NCBI RefSeq assembly: GCF_006345805.1
Contig: NC_043003.1
Span: forward strand, 10,416,001-10,480,000
Origin: Octopus sinensis
Taxonomy: Eukaryota
DNA: 64,000 bases
Direction: 5' to 3'
The notes under the pieces are model-generated. The model had not been told where the DNA came from. It saw only the letters and a list, made by a program, of their open reading frames with translations, and did no database searches. The translations under genes were made by a program, and so were the position numbers. Below are positions 22,493 to 36,273 of this stretch, piece by piece. The stretch's first letter is position 1. Each line of letters opens with the position of its first letter.

Positions 22493-24639
22493 TATTTCAT
22501 AAAATTTATCATATAGACAGTACAAAGATTGTGTAGCTTTGCGGGCTGGACAAACATATTAATGAATGAAAATGAAATATAATGAATGAGAGGCGAAACC
22601 CAACACCCGCCGATTGGATTTTTCTCGAAAATATTTTTTTTTTTTAATCAATATGAGGTTTCAAACCTCTTACAAGAAGGAAGCACTAAAACCTCTTGCA
22701 AGCCACCTTATTTCATTCAACCTGCCACAAGAGCTGCACATAGATTTACAACAATTCTCCTTATCAGATCCCTCAAGCAATGTGACTTGCCGCCTGCAGA
22801 CAACTCTGCAGCGACAAGTCGGGGCCTGCAAAGAGGAAAGCGAATTCTTTCTTGTCAAAGGTCGCTGTGACCTTTGACAAAAGGTTCTCCGTTACTACCT
22901 CCGCAGCCATCTGCGGAGGCCATATCGGACTACTTGGGCAGAACGAGTATACACGTTCTCGGTCACCCAAGCCGTCCAAAAATTTATTCACCGTCCTTTC
23001 CTTGTGGTAAAGGAGGAGAAACCCCTCCTCTTCACACTGCTCCGTCAGTGACACTTCCCACTGACAGAGCCCTATCCGCAGGTGGCACACATCCCACCTG
23101 CGGCTCCATCGGCGGCCTAGGAGCATCTGCCGACCGCCTTCTGATCCTCTTTTTCCTCTTTCTTTTTGAGGCTGCGGGAGCAGGGGGCTGCGTCGACAGA
23201 CGCGGGTGGTCGCTACCTTCCTCCGCCGCCTGTACATTCTTTGGTGAGCAACCATTGTTGCTCACCTTTTTCTTTTCGTGGAGGCAACTTCTTCCACGAC
23301 TTCCGCCATCTCCCCCTCCAATGAGGGGGCGGCGGGCACCTTCTCTTTCTCATGCTCCAGGGCCCCACCACGGCCTTCTGGAAGTTCCTTTTGATATGGC
23401 CAGGCTCCAGGCACAGATGACACTTGGGGGGTCGTCCCTCAAGTATCACCGGGTACCTGTGCACGGCCATTTTTAGGAAGTCTGGGAATTTCATCTCTCC
23501 CACGGCCACCGAGGTCCACAGGATCAAAGTTGCCTTTGACCCCTCCCAGGCGACCGCGGGAGTCATTTTTACACTCAGTAGCCTAGGCCCGCTATTCCCC
23601 AGGCCTCGCTGGATGGTCTCTCGATCCATTCCGCCTCCGTGCCCGGGGGCATCCCGCAAACCCAGGCTCTTTTTATTTTCCTGCCACAATACGAGGGGAG
23701 GAACAAAATTTCCTCTCCCTCAAGGGGCTCGCTAGCAAATCTGCTAGCTTCCTCGAGGGTACCAAACAGCAACCACACCGTTGCAAATTTAGTCCCCCGA
23801 GAAATAAACTTTATAGTTGGCAGGTGGTCTGCCAACTCTTTTTCTATTGTGCTCCTGTCGAAGAGGGCGATGGCCCCATGCGACCTAGAATAGGTTCGTA
23901 GGACCACCGTCCTCTTCTCAAGATCTTCAATCCACTCCAAAGCAGTGGCTTCATTTTTTTTTGCCATGTGACAGAAAGTTCAGAGTTCAAATAAAGTTCG
24001 ATAGTTTTGAAAAAAGTAATGAAGGTACAGAAAGGAGGAGCACAACAGAAGGGAAGAAATCAACAGAAAATCACAAACAAAAAAACAAAAAGAGAAGTTA
24101 AATAAAGTTCAAAATAAAGTCAATAAACAGCAAAACACGGCAAAAATCTTCTGGCCTTACGGTACTCCGGCCTGAGTTAAACCTGGAACGCCGCAACACA
24201 ACCTCTACAAAAATTGGTCCAAAAGGTAAATCCAAAAGTGGCTTATTCTTTTCTTGCGAGATACTCCGACAAAGGAATCAATTTTTCGGTCGAAAAGGTC
24301 TGGCCGTCCAATGGTAAAATAAATTCAATAAAACCAACCACAGCACTGGCCACCGCAACAGTAACTTTATTGGGTTCTGAGGATACGCCCCTCCACTGTT
24401 TTTTTTTTTTTCAATAAACACAAAAACAGCAGCCGACGAGAGCAGGTGAAATTGTCCCGGAGCTGGACACAACTTACTGAAAAAATAATTAGCACGCAAT
24501 AAATTATGCCCAACTCACAACAAACAAAATCACTCACCTCGACAACTGTTTTTGGTCTTTTTTTCTGTAATTGGACGGAGCTAGCTATCTCACGTCCACT
24601 TTGGTTCAACAGGAAGCAACTGACTAACAGCGCATGTGC
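22493..24639 (-). mobile_element. U10: class-B ORF1-only element (MAKKNEAT type), ORF 22773-23967 frameshifted
   Basis: VVLRTYS..ISRGTKFATVWLLF, LEGRPPKCHLCLEPGHIK, WPPQMAAEV; conserved tail and 5' UTR. Confidence 0.85.
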
Positions 24640-24654
24640 GTTAGCGAGCTACTT

Positions 24655-26652
24655 TTATTCATTAAATTTGCCATAAAGGCAGTACATAGATGTAGCTTTT
24701 GCGGGCTGGACGTAGACATTGATGGTATGAATGATGATGGAACGAAGATATTGATGGGAGAAGACGAAAGCACCCGCCGACTTCCGCTTCTCTAAGACAA
24801 TGTTCTTTTTTCCAAAAAATTTTACAGTCACAAAATTTTACAAAGGTCAAGAGACAATGAACCTCTTTCTCAATATGATACAAAAACATTAAACAGGTTC
24901 CAGTTACCTGGCCGACCAGCGCTCTTGCTTCATTGAGGCAATCATTCTTTGTCAGGCCGTACCATAAATTGAAAGGAGTCCTCCGGGAAGGAATTAGCGA
25001 TCCTGCATAGTTCGTTATCCAATATGACCTCCGCAGCCAGCTGCGAAGGCCACTCAGGGTCCTCTGTGCAGGACCGAAGTCTTTCCCATTGGCCTCTCTT
25101 TCTCATTTTACCTATTTCATTTTCCAGCGTTCCTCCTTTGTAGAAGACCACATATTGTTTCTCCGGCGGCACACCCGCCTGAGGAGACTTGGGAGACGCC
25201 GTCTGCGTGTTACAATCCGCCGGCGGCGTCCCGTTTCTCTTTTTCCTTTTTTCTTTTTCCTTGGGCCGCGGGAGGGTGAGGTTCCTGTGTTGCACACAAC
25301 GGGTCCTCTTTTTCTCCGGCTGTTCCCGAGTCTTTCGGTGGGTCACCATTGTTGCCCACCTTTCTTTTTCTCGTTGAGGATATAGTAACTTCCTCGTTCT
25401 GTTTCTCTCCCTCCATTGAGGGAGCAGGGAGAGGTTCCGATATCAGCTTCTCCAGGATCCTGCTTTGGTTCCTGGGGCAGTTCTTCTTAATGTGGCCGGT
25501 CTCCAGGCACAGATGACACTTGGGGAGCGTCCCTCAAGCATCACTGGATACTTGGACCCGGCCATCCTCAAGAAATCCGGAAAAACCAGACTTTTGGCTG
25601 ATTGGGTCCATAGGGTCAAAACAGCTTTCGACCCCTCCCAATCAGCCGCAGGCAACACTTTTACATTTAGCAGCTTGGCACTGCTATCACACAGACCCGG
25701 GCGGATAGAGTCCTCTATCCACTCGGGCTCAACGCCGGGTGGTAAGCCGCAGATCCAAGCCCTCAATAGTTTGTCTCCCATATAATTGGGGAGAAACAAT
25801 ATTTCTTTGCCCTCAACGGGCTGGCTTGCAAAGTCTCAAGCTTCTTTTGGGGAGTCAAATAGCAACCAAACCGTTGCGTATTTCACTCGCCGTGAGATAA
25901 ATTTAACAGCTGACATGTATTCCGCCAGCTCGTTCAGTATGGTGGCCTTCGGGAAGACGGCTATGGTGTCGAGCGACTTCGAGTATGTTCTCAACACCAC
26001 GGTCTTCCTTTCCAGTTCTTTTAAATATTTTTTGGGAGGTGTTAGGTCCCACACAATAAATTCCTTTGCCATTTCAAAACGGAATCCAATAAAAGTTCAA
26101 AGATGTAATAAAATAAATACGATAGAAAGAGGGAGAAGAGAAAACATAACCGAAGAGAAGAATTACAATAAAATAACAGTTCAAAAGAGTTCTTTTTAAA
26201 ATAAATGATAGCTGGAAAAAGAGAGTTCAAATTCAGCAAAGAAATTTTTTTTTTTTTTTTTTTTGGCCGAAAAGGTACTCCTGGCCAAACGTCCAAAACA
26301 GTCCTTGGTTATCCTTGGTGCCTCTTGGTAAATCCAACAAAACAGTCCTTGGTTATCCTTGGTAAATCCAACACAAAGGCGATTAATTTTTAGGAGGGGC
26401 TACGCCTCCTCAAAAAACACAATTATCACTGCAAAGTGAGTCTTTACGCTCGACCACAGGCAGGAAAAATGACCGGAGCAAAGTGGAGTCTACTACTCTC
26501 CAAAAAATAATAAATACAGAGCAATAAACTTCACTAAGCCCCCCAAAAAATTCAACAAATGCCTACCTGTAGTCGAGTCTCAAAATTCAATAATTCACGT
26601 CGAAAAACGCGACATCCGGCAGCAGCCAAAAAACACGTCCGTACACGTCGAA
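24655..26652 (-). mobile_element. U11: class-B ORF1-only element (MAKEFIVW type), ORF ~24905-26072 broken
   Basis: Same domain series; DPEWPSQLAAEV. Confidence 0.85.
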
Positions 26653-26668
26653 GGTTAGCAAGCTACTT

Positions 26669-28062
26669 TATTTTATCAGATTTGCCATAAAGGCAGTACA
26701 CAGATGGGACACTACAACACATGTGGGGACATATAACAATTAAAAAATAAAATATGATATAATGAATGAACATGAAAATGCACATGAAGAACAAATTAAT
26801 ATATGATAATATGAATATCTGAAAATGATATTATGAAGAGTCTGCTACTCACCCCACACTGAGTAACACAACTCGCTGTCTCTGGGTCCTGAGTTCTTTT
26901 TCTCTTTTCGTTCAATCCTGTTGCTTGATGGTAACCTTCTCTCCGTCATGCATTCATAACCATTTTTTTTTTGCCTGGAGGGGGGGTCTTCTAAATTTTG
27001 TGGTGTCTGTTCTTTTTTTCTTGAGGGGAAATGGGGGGGTCTGAGTGGTCTTGGGTGGGATGGGGTTGGACTGGGGTGCCAATTCATACTCAGTGTCTTT
27101 TCTTTTTTCTCTTTCTTCTTGTGCGCTCTGAAACTTTCCATTCCTCCTTTTCATCGCTTCCTTCGCCTATTTTTTCTTTTTCCTCTTTTTTCTCTTCTGT
27201 CTCTGCAACCACATCCGCGGCCGTAGTCTTTCGTAGGGGGCAGTATGCTCTAATGTGGCCCTTTTGGCCACATTTAAAGCAACGTGGTACTCTGCCCTCT
27301 ACCCACACCCTCAGCACGATTTCCCCCAGCGTCACAGTTTCTGCCAAGTTCTCAAGCTGTTCCTCCTCTGTCTGAATGATTAATTCGAGCGTCCTTCCTT
27401 TGCACCCTCCTTCTTCTGTTTCTGTGGCTTGGAGGACAGCCACCTTCTCCTCGCTTCCAACAAGGACAGCTGCCGCTATCCAAGCCCCTTCTACGTCCGG
27501 CGGAATTGCTTCTACCCTCACTTTAGAAGTTTTTCTTCCAAGGTATTTGGGTAGAAGCACTACCTCCTCCGTTTTCACCACCACACTTGCCAGCCTCATT
27601 GCCTCTTCAGCTGTCCTAAATTGGACAATCATTGTTCCGTATCTTTTTCCTTTTGTGATGTATGTGATTTCTTTTGACCTCTCTCTTAGCGCTCTTTCTG
27701 TATCCGCTTCCACCTGTTCAGCCCTTTTTCCTTATAGGTGATAGTCTTTCTTTCTATCTTCTCCATAATTCTTTTGGGGGGCGACAGTCTTACGTCCCCT
27801 CCCACCTTCTGTAGCATCTTGCCATGGTTTTTCTCGCCAGCCAAGTCCAGCTCCTTTCGTATCTTCTCCGTGACCTCTGCAAAACTCCTGGTCTTTTCAA
27901 GCATACCGGCCATTGCTATGACCGCCCTCACGAGCTCCTCCTCTGAAGACAACTCAGACCCGGTAAGGTCTGAGTACATTGTCTCACCGCAGCAACAACA
28001 CCGACGTCCGACTCGCACACAAACGACAAACCAAATGCACTATGGGTAACCGGAAGCAAGCT
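26669..28062 (-). mobile_element. U12: class-A ORF1-only element, ORF ~26845-27990 frameshifted
   Basis: MYSDLTGSELSSEEEL, EGRVPRCFKCGQKGHIRAYC; tail ttgccataaaggcagtacacagatgggac. Confidence 0.85.
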
Positions 28063-28078
28063 GGTTAGCGAGCTACTT

Positions 28079-30152
28079 TATTTCATTAGAATTTGCCACG
28101 AGGTCAGTACATAGAGTAGCTGCGGGCTGGACAAAAACATTGAGATGAGGATGATAATGATGAACAAAAATGGGAGGGGCACTGGCACCCGCCGACCAAT
28201 AACCCCTCGAATACAAAGTTTCTTTACAAAAATTTTTTACAAAATATTTTACACCAAAAATTTTACAACAAAATTTTTACAGCAAAAATTTTCTTACAAT
28301 TTTCCTTGTCAGGTCCCCCGAACTAATTGACCTTCCCCCTGCAGAAAACTCTGCATCGACAGGTCGGGGCCTGAAAACAGAAAAGCGAATTCTTTGTTGT
28401 CAAAGGTCGCTGCGACCTTTGACAAAGTTTTTTCCGTAACCGCCTCCGCAGCCACCTGCGGAGGCCAATTCGGACAGCTTCTGTCGAACGAGTACATTCG
28501 TCCTAGTTCGCCCAAGCCGTCCAGAAATTAATTAACCTTCCCTCCCTCGCAATAAAGGAGGACAATCGTTCCTTCTTCAGCGGAAGGTACTTCATGCTGC
28601 TCCATCAGTGGCACACATCCCACTGACAGAGCCCTCTCCGCAGGTGGCACACATCCCACCTGCGGCTCCGTCTGCGACCCATGGACATCAGCCGCCCGAC
28701 CTCTATTTCTCTTTCTCCTCCTTTTTTGGGGGGAGACTGCTGGCTCAGGGGGCTCCGTCAGCAGACATGGGGGGTCGCTATCCCCCTCCACCACCTGAAC
28801 ATTCTTTGGTGGGCAACCATTGTTGCTCACCTGTCTTTTTCTTTTCGTGGAGGCAACTTCCTCCAATACTTCCACCGTCTCCCCCTCCAATGAGGGGGCA
28901 GCGGGCACCTTTTCCCTTTCATGCTCCGGGGCACCGCCACGGCCCCCGGGACAGTTCCTCTTGATATGTCCAGGCTCCAGGCAACGGTGACACTTGGGGG
29001 GGGCGTCCCTCGAGTATCACCGGGTACCTGTGCCCGGCCATTCTCAGGAAGTCTGGGAATCTCATCTCTCCCACGGCCACCGGGGTCCACAGGATCAAAG
29101 TTGCCTTTGACCCTTCCAAGGCGACCGCGGGAGTCATTTTTACAATCAGTAGCCTGGGCCCGCTGTCCCCCAGGCCTCGCCGGATGGTCTCCTCGATCCA
29201 TCCCGCCTCATTGCCCGGGGGAAGCCCGCAAACCCAGGCTCTTTTTATTTTCCTGCCACAATACGAGGGGAGGAACAAAATTTCCTCTCCCTCGAGGGGC
29301 TCGCTAGCAAATCTGCTAGCTTCCTCGAGGGTACCAAACAGCAACCACACCGTTGCAAATTTAGTCCCCCGAGAATTAAACTTTATAGTTGGCAGATGTT
29401 CTGCCAATTCTTTTTCTATTGTGCTCCTGTCGAAAAGGGCGATAGCCCAACGCGACCTAGAATAGGTTCGTAGGACCACCGTCCTCTTCTCAAGATCTTT
29501 AATCCACTGCTTGGGTGGGACAACCTCCCACTCCAAAGCAGTGGCTTCATTTTTTTTTGCCATGTGACAGAAAGTTCAAATAAAGTTCGATAGTTTTGAA
29601 AAAAGTAAGGAAGGTACAGAAAGGAGCACAACAGAAGGGAAGAAATCAACAGAAAATCACAAACAAAAAAAAACAAAAAGTTAAATAAAGTTCAAAATAA
29701 AGTCAATAAACAGCAAAACACGGCAAAAATCTTCTGGCCTTACGGTTCTCCCGGCCTAAGTTGAACTCAGGAACACCGCGACTGGAACAGCTTTCACCAA
29801 ATTGGTATAATTGGTATCGAACCGCAGCACAATTAGTCCCTTCTACCTTGGTACTCTTTGGTAAATCCAGTGGGAGAACACAAAGACAATTTTTGCAGAG
29901 AGGCTACGCCTCCTCAAAAAACACAATTCTCACTGCAAAGTGAGTCTTTATGCTCGTCCACAGGCAGGAAAAATGTCCGAGCAAAGTGGAGTCTATTACT
30001 CTCCAAAAAATAAGTACAGAGCAATAAACTTCACTAAGCCCCCAAAAAAATTCAACAAATGCCTACCTGTAGTCGAGTCTCAAAATTCAATAATTCACAT
30101 CGAAAAACGCGACATCCGGCAGCAGCCAAAAAACACGTCCGAACACGTCGAA
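28079..30152 (-). mobile_element. U13: class-B ORF1-only element (MAKKNEAT type), ORF 28309-29563 frameshifted
   Basis: Near copy of U10; WPPQVAAEA. Confidence 0.85.
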
Positions 30153-30168
30153 GGTTAGCGAGCTACTT

Positions 30169-31475
30169 TTATTCATCGAATTTGCCATAAAGACAGTTCA
30201 CAGATGTAGCTTTTGCGGGCTGGACGTAGACATTAATGGTATGAATGATGGGGATGGAATGAAAATGGTGATGGGAGAAGACGAAAGCGCCCGCCGACTT
30301 CCGCTTCTCTAAGACAATGTTTTTTTTTTTCAAAAATTTCAAAAAAATTTCAAAATTTTACAAATGTCACATGAGGCAATGAACCTCTTTCTCAATATGA
30401 TACAAAAACATTCAACAGGTTCAAGTTACCTGGCCGGCCAGCGCTCTTGCTTCTTTGAAGCACTCACTCGCTTCCAGGCCGGACCACACAAGCACAAATG
30501 TACAGATCACTTTCCCATAGGACCTCCGCAGCCGTCTGCTAAGGCCACTTAGGGTCCTCCGAGCAGGACCGAAGTCCCTCCCATTGGCCTCTCCCTTTCA
30601 CCTTCCCTATCTCGCTCTCAATGGTCCCTCCCTTGTGGAAGAGGACCACATAAGTGACCTCCGGCGGCACATCCGCCTGAGGAGGCTCGGGAGACGCCGT
30701 CCGCGTCTCACAATCCGCCGGCGGCGTTCCGCTTTTCTTCCTTTTCTTTTTTCCTTGGGCCGCGGGAGGCTGAGGTTCCAGTGTTGCACACAACGGGTCC
30801 TCTTTCTCTCTCGCAGCTTCCGGGTCTTTTGGTGGGTCACCATTGTTGCGCACATTTCCTTTTCTCGTTGAGGAAGTTACTGTTTCCTCGTTCTGTTTCT
30901 CTCCCCCCATTGGGGGACCAGGGAGAGGTTCCAACATTAACTGCTCCAGGATCCTACTTTGGTCCCTGGGGTAGTTCTCCAGGCACAGGTGACACTTGGT
31001 GGGGGGGCGTCCCTCAAGCATCACCGGATACTTGGACCCGGCCATCCTCAAGAAGTCCGGAAAAACCAGACTTTTGGCTGATTGGGTCCACAGGGTCAAT
31101 ACAGCTTTCGACCCCTCCCAATCAGCCGCAGGCAGTACTTTTACATTCAGCAGCTTGGAACTGCTACCATCCAGACCCCGGCGGATAGAATCCTCTATCC
31201 ACTCGGGCTCAACGCCGGGTGGTAAGCCGCAGATCCAGGCTCTCAATTTTTCTCCCTTGTAATTTGGGAGAAACAATATTTCTTTGCCCTCAATGAGCTG
31301 GCTTGGAAAATCGCAAGCTTCTTTTGGGGAGTCAAATAGCAACCAAACCGTTGCGTATTTCACTCCCCGTGCGATAAATTTAACGGCTGGCATGTAGTCC
31401 GCCAGCTCGTTCAGTATGGTGGCCTTCGGGAAGACGGCTAGGGTGTCGAGCGACTTCGAGTAAGTCCTCAACACC
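30169..31475 (-). mobile_element. U14: class-B ORF1-only element, 5' end cut by the U15 tail
   Basis: ORF 30539-31474 with GRPPTKCHLC; junction aacacc|tttttctttattaccc. Confidence 0.85.
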
Positions 31476-32985
31476 TTTTTCTTTATTACCCACGAGGGGC
31501 GACATAGAGGGGAAACTACAAGACATTGGGGACATAGAACATTATAAAAATAAAAGTATGCAAGATGAAATTTTGAAAATGATAATATGAAAGTGATGCT
31601 AACGGCCCCATTCCGCTAGCATCACTTACCTGTCCTTCGTAACCTATCATCATCTGTCATCTCCAATCAGAAGCCCTACATTCTCTATCATTCTCTTAGC
31701 TCTCTCTTCAAACTCCTTCACCGTCTCATCCGTAAATTTTACCTTAGTCACTTTCACACCTTCATTTAAACAATTCACCATAATTCCATCCGTCCGTTCC
31801 TCTGGCACTACTGCATAACTACCATCTACCTTCTCATACCATGAATAATCACTTATCATGTCTATTGAGTCTTTTGTGTCCTCTTTTTTTCACAAAACAA
31901 AGAATATGGGGCCTGGGATCTTGGTTAATTTCTTGTGTGTCTGTATTTTTTTGTTTTCTTGTAGGCGGGGAGTGGGTGGAATCACTGTTTGCAGGGAAAG
32001 GATGGGACTCAGAGGGTGCGGGTGGGTTGGGGTTCAGTACAGTTCATTTTTCTCCTCCTTCTTTTCTTCCTTGCTTCTTCCCATTCAATCTGGGCTTCCT
32101 CCTCCTCATTTTCTTCCTCTACTTGTTTCTGTTTTACTTCCTCCTCTTCCTGGTTCTTCACCACAGTTTCCTTTTGTGGGGGAGGGCAGTAAGCTCTTAG
32201 GTGGCCCCTCAGGCCACACTTGTAGCAACGTGGAGCTCTGCCCTCCACCCACACTCTCATAATAACATCGCCCATCTTATTTTCGGTTAGTCTTTCCAAC
32301 GTATCTACCTTCGCTTGAACATTCATATCCAGTATTGCTCCCTTCCATCCTTCATCCTTTACGGTGGCATGCAAGATGTCCACCTCTTCTTCACAATCTT
32401 TTATCACAGCTGCTGCTATCCATTCTGCTTCAATGTGGTGGGGTATTCCCTCCACCCGGATTCTCGTTGTCCTTCTATTTAAATACGTTGGTAGCATGAA
32501 AATTTTCTCCGTCTTTACAGCTTTCGCCGCCATTCTTCTCGCTACTCGTTCACTTTTGTATTGCACTACTACCGTGCCAAACTCGTTTCCTCTTGCAACA
32601 AATATATCTTCACCTGTCCTTTTTACCGCCTCCTCGATTACTTCCATTTTGATAATTTCGACATTTTTGCTATTGATTTCGTAGGTTCGGTACTTTATAG
32701 TCCTTTTGTTGAACCACTCGCCACGCTTTGGTGGTGGTGTCAATTCTACATCGCTTCCAACTTTCTCCATATACTCTTGAAAGTCTGGTAATTTGACTAA
32801 ATCTATGTCTTTCTCTTCCGTTTTCCTCGCTGCGCCCGCGTATGTCTTTCCAACTTTGACGTCCATTTTATTCACGGCGTTTATCAATTCCTCTTCGGCG
32901 GTTGATAGCTCCCATAGACTTTCGAACAAAGTACTTTCTGCCATCTCTCCCGTTAGGGAGGGGCGGTTCATTACTTCTTGTCTGT
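31476..32985 (-). mobile_element. U15: class-A ORF1-only element (ORF 32009-32945 plus C-terminal module 31650-31860)
   Basis: EGRAPRCYKCGLRGHLRAYC; tail cccacgaggggcgacatagagggg; paralog of U24. Confidence 0.85.
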
Positions 32986-34492
32986 CTTGTTTATGTAGGG
33001 ACTTGTGCGTGCTGGGGCTGGGTTTTTCTGTGCTTTGTTTGGGGACTAGCACCTCAACAACGGTGGTGGGAGTTTTTGTGTTTGTGGGGGTTGGTGTGTT
33101 TGCGGGGGTGGGTTTTTTTTGTGTTATTTGAGGGGCCTGGTGTTTACAATTTTTTTTCTTCAGTCAGCTCGAATGTGGCCCTTTTTTCCGCATTGGTAAC
33201 AGGTGGGCTTACGGCCTTCCACCTGTACCCTAAGGGCCACATTCTCCCCAACGAGTACTCTCTCTAGTAGAGCCTGAATGTCCTCCTGTTTGCCTTGTAT
33301 TAAAACCGTTGTTTCGCCCTAACCATATCTGTGGGGCGGAACTTGTGGTCTGTAATATGTTAATCCGGTCCGTCCTGTTAAACAACAGGCCGGCCACCAC
33401 TTCTTTCGGGTCTACTGTGGATGGGATTTCGTTAATCCTTACACGGGATGTTCGTCGCCCCCTGTGCGTTGGCAAAAGTACCACTTCCTTGGTCTTCAGG
33501 GGGCACACGTGGTGCCCGCGAGCCACCTTTTCCTCTGAGAATTGAAACAACGGATCCGTATGCCCGTCCCCTCGAAATATACATTATATCCCTCCATATC
33601 GGGGCCAGGCATTTTTCAATGGTTTCTTTCCCGAAGTGCTTAAACCTTTTGTCTTGTGGGCAGAAGGTTTTAAACACCACGGTCCTCTTTTCCGTTTCTA
33701 GCACGGTGGAGGAGGGCGATATCACAACATCACCTCCCTCCTCCATTCTTTTAAAATATCCCTGCAGCATGTCTGCAGAGATATCTATGTTTTCGGTTGC
33801 TACTTCTGCAACTGCGGAAAACTTTTTTACAGCGTTGGCGCAATTGCCAACATCAACATTGATCTCTTCAAGAGTAGATTTTTCATGTATTATTTCAACC
33901 GACATGGTTGAAAAGTAATTGGTTTCCCACAAAACTGGGAGTCCTTTCGAAAAAAGAAATTTTCCTCTCACAGAGGACAAAAGTAATTAATTTTTTAAAT
34001 GCTCGCAGTCCCAGGTTCAAATCCCACCCCCGCTGGGGGGGGGGTGAGACGTAGCAACAAAGTCTACGACGATTTGAAATTATTTTCCACCACAACGAAA
34101 TCCCCAAAAAGGGAAACCTATATTTTTCCAAAACAGTTCAAATCTCGCCCGTGCTACGAGTGGATGTCACAATAGAGCCTACAATGGCTAAAATTAAATT
34201 TTTCTACAATAACAATTTGCTATCCCAAAAACGGGAAGCCTATAATATTTTTTTTCCTCTTAATAAGGATAACAGTTCAATTGCCACCCCCGCCGGGGTG
34301 GGGCACAACAATAAAGCCTACAACGGCTTTAACAAGTTCAACAATATTAATATTTCAATATTAATTTTTTTTTTCTTACAAGAATTACTTTTTCCCGTCA
34401 CCGGGAAGAAAGTACAAAAGTTCACAAAAATATTCAACAATAAACAGCAGAAAAATTATCTGTGTGACTCACCGCAAAAAAACACGTCGGAT
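32986..34492 (-). mobile_element. U16: class-A ORF1 unit (U9 paralog), 3' part lost, fused to U15
   Basis: ETEKRTVVFKTFCPQDKRFKHF, GRRTSRVRINEIP; 5' UTR shares ggtttcccacaaaactggga with U9. Confidence 0.75.
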
Positions 34493-34507
34493 GTTAGGGA
34501 GCTACTT

Positions 34508-36257
34508 TATTTCATATAGTTTGCCACTAGGGCAGTACACAGAGTAGCTGCGGGCTGGACAAAAGACATTAATGAATGATGGTGATGGACGAAGATGGTG
34601 ATGGGAGAAGACGAAAGCGCCCGCCGACTTCCGCTTCCCTAAGACATTGTTTCTTTTTCAATATTTTCACAAATTCCAAATTTCACAAAATTTCAAATTT
34701 TACATATTACAAATTCAAAAATTTTACAAGAGGCAATAAATCTCCTTCTCAATATAACACAAAAACAGGTTCACGTTACCCGGCCGATGAGCGCTCTTGC
34801 CTCATTGAGGCAATCGTTCTTCGTCAGGCCCCATAGAGGCATAACTCGAAAGGAGTCCTCCGGGAAAGAATTCGTGATCCTGCACAGATCTTTATTCAGT
34901 AGGACCTCCGCAGCCAGCTGCGAAGGCCACTCGGGATCCTCCGTGCAGGACCGAAGTCCCTCCCATTGGCCTCTCTTCTCCATTTTACCTATTTCATTTT
35001 CTAATATTCCTTCTTTGTAGAAGAATACCACAGATTGTTTCTCCGGCCACACAATCGCCGGAGGAGACATGGGAGACGCCGTCTGCGTGTTACAATCCGC
35101 CGGCGTCCCGTTTCTTTTCTTTTTCTTTTTACCTTGGGCCTCGGGAGGTTGAGGCTCCGACGTTGCACACACCGGGTCCTCTTTTTCTCCCGCAGCTTCC
35201 GGGTCTTTTGGTGGGTCACCGTTGCTCCCCACTTATCTTTTTCTTTTTGTTGAGGAAGTCACCGCTTCCTCGGTTTGTTTCTCTCCCTCCATTGGGGAGG
35301 CAGGGAGTGGCTCCAACATCAACTGCTCCAGGATCCTGCTTTGGTTCTTGGGGCAGTTCTTCTTAATATGGCCGGTCTCCAGGCACAGGTGACACTTGGG
35401 GGGGGGGCGTCCCTCAAGCATCACCGGATACTTGTACCCAGCCATCCTAAAAAAGTCCGGTAAAACCAGACTTTTGGCTGACTGGGTCCATAGGGTCAAA
35501 ACAGCTTTTGACCCATCCCAGTTAGCCGCAGGCTGCACTTTTACGTTCAGTAGCTTGGAACTGCTACCATCCAAACCCCGGCGGATAGTCCTCTATCCAC
35601 TCGGGCTCAATGCCTGGTGGTAATCCGCAGATCCAAGCTCTCGGTTTTTCTCCCATATAATTGGGGAGAAACAATATTTCTTCGCCCTCGATAGGCTTGC
35701 TTGCAAATTCGCAAGCTGCTTTGGGGGAGTCAAATAGCAACCAAACCGTTGCGTATTTAACTCCCCGAGCGATGTATTTAACGGCTGGCATGTAGTCTGC
35801 CAGCTCGTTTAAAATAGCCTTTGGGAAGACTGCTATGGTGTCGAGCGACTTCGAATATGTCCTCAACACCACGGTCTTCCTTTCCAGCTCTTTTACATAC
35901 TTTTTTGGAGGTGCTAGGTCCCACACAATAAGTTCCTTTGCCATAACGTAAAGTTCAAAAACAGTCCTTGGTTATCTCCTCGAAAGCAAATAATATTTGA
36001 GGAGGGACTACGCCTCCTCAAAAAATACAATTCTCACTGCAAAGTGAGTCTTTACACTCGACCACAGACAGGAATAATGTCCGGAGCAAAGTGGAGTCTA
36101 TTACTTTCTAAAAAATATTAAATGCAAAGCAATAAACTTCACTAAGCCCCTAAAAAATACAAAACGCCTACCTGTAGTCGAGTCTCAAAAATTCAACATT
36201 TCACGTTGAAACACGTGACAACTGGAGCAGCCAAAAAACACGTCTGAACACTTCAGA
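34508..36257 (-). mobile_element. U17: class-B ORF1-only element, ORF 34771-35944 frameshifted
   Basis: MAKELIVWDLAPPKKY, GRPPPKCHLCLETGHIKKNC, WPSQLAAEV. Confidence 0.85.
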
Positions 36258-36273
36258 GGTTAGCGAGCTACTT

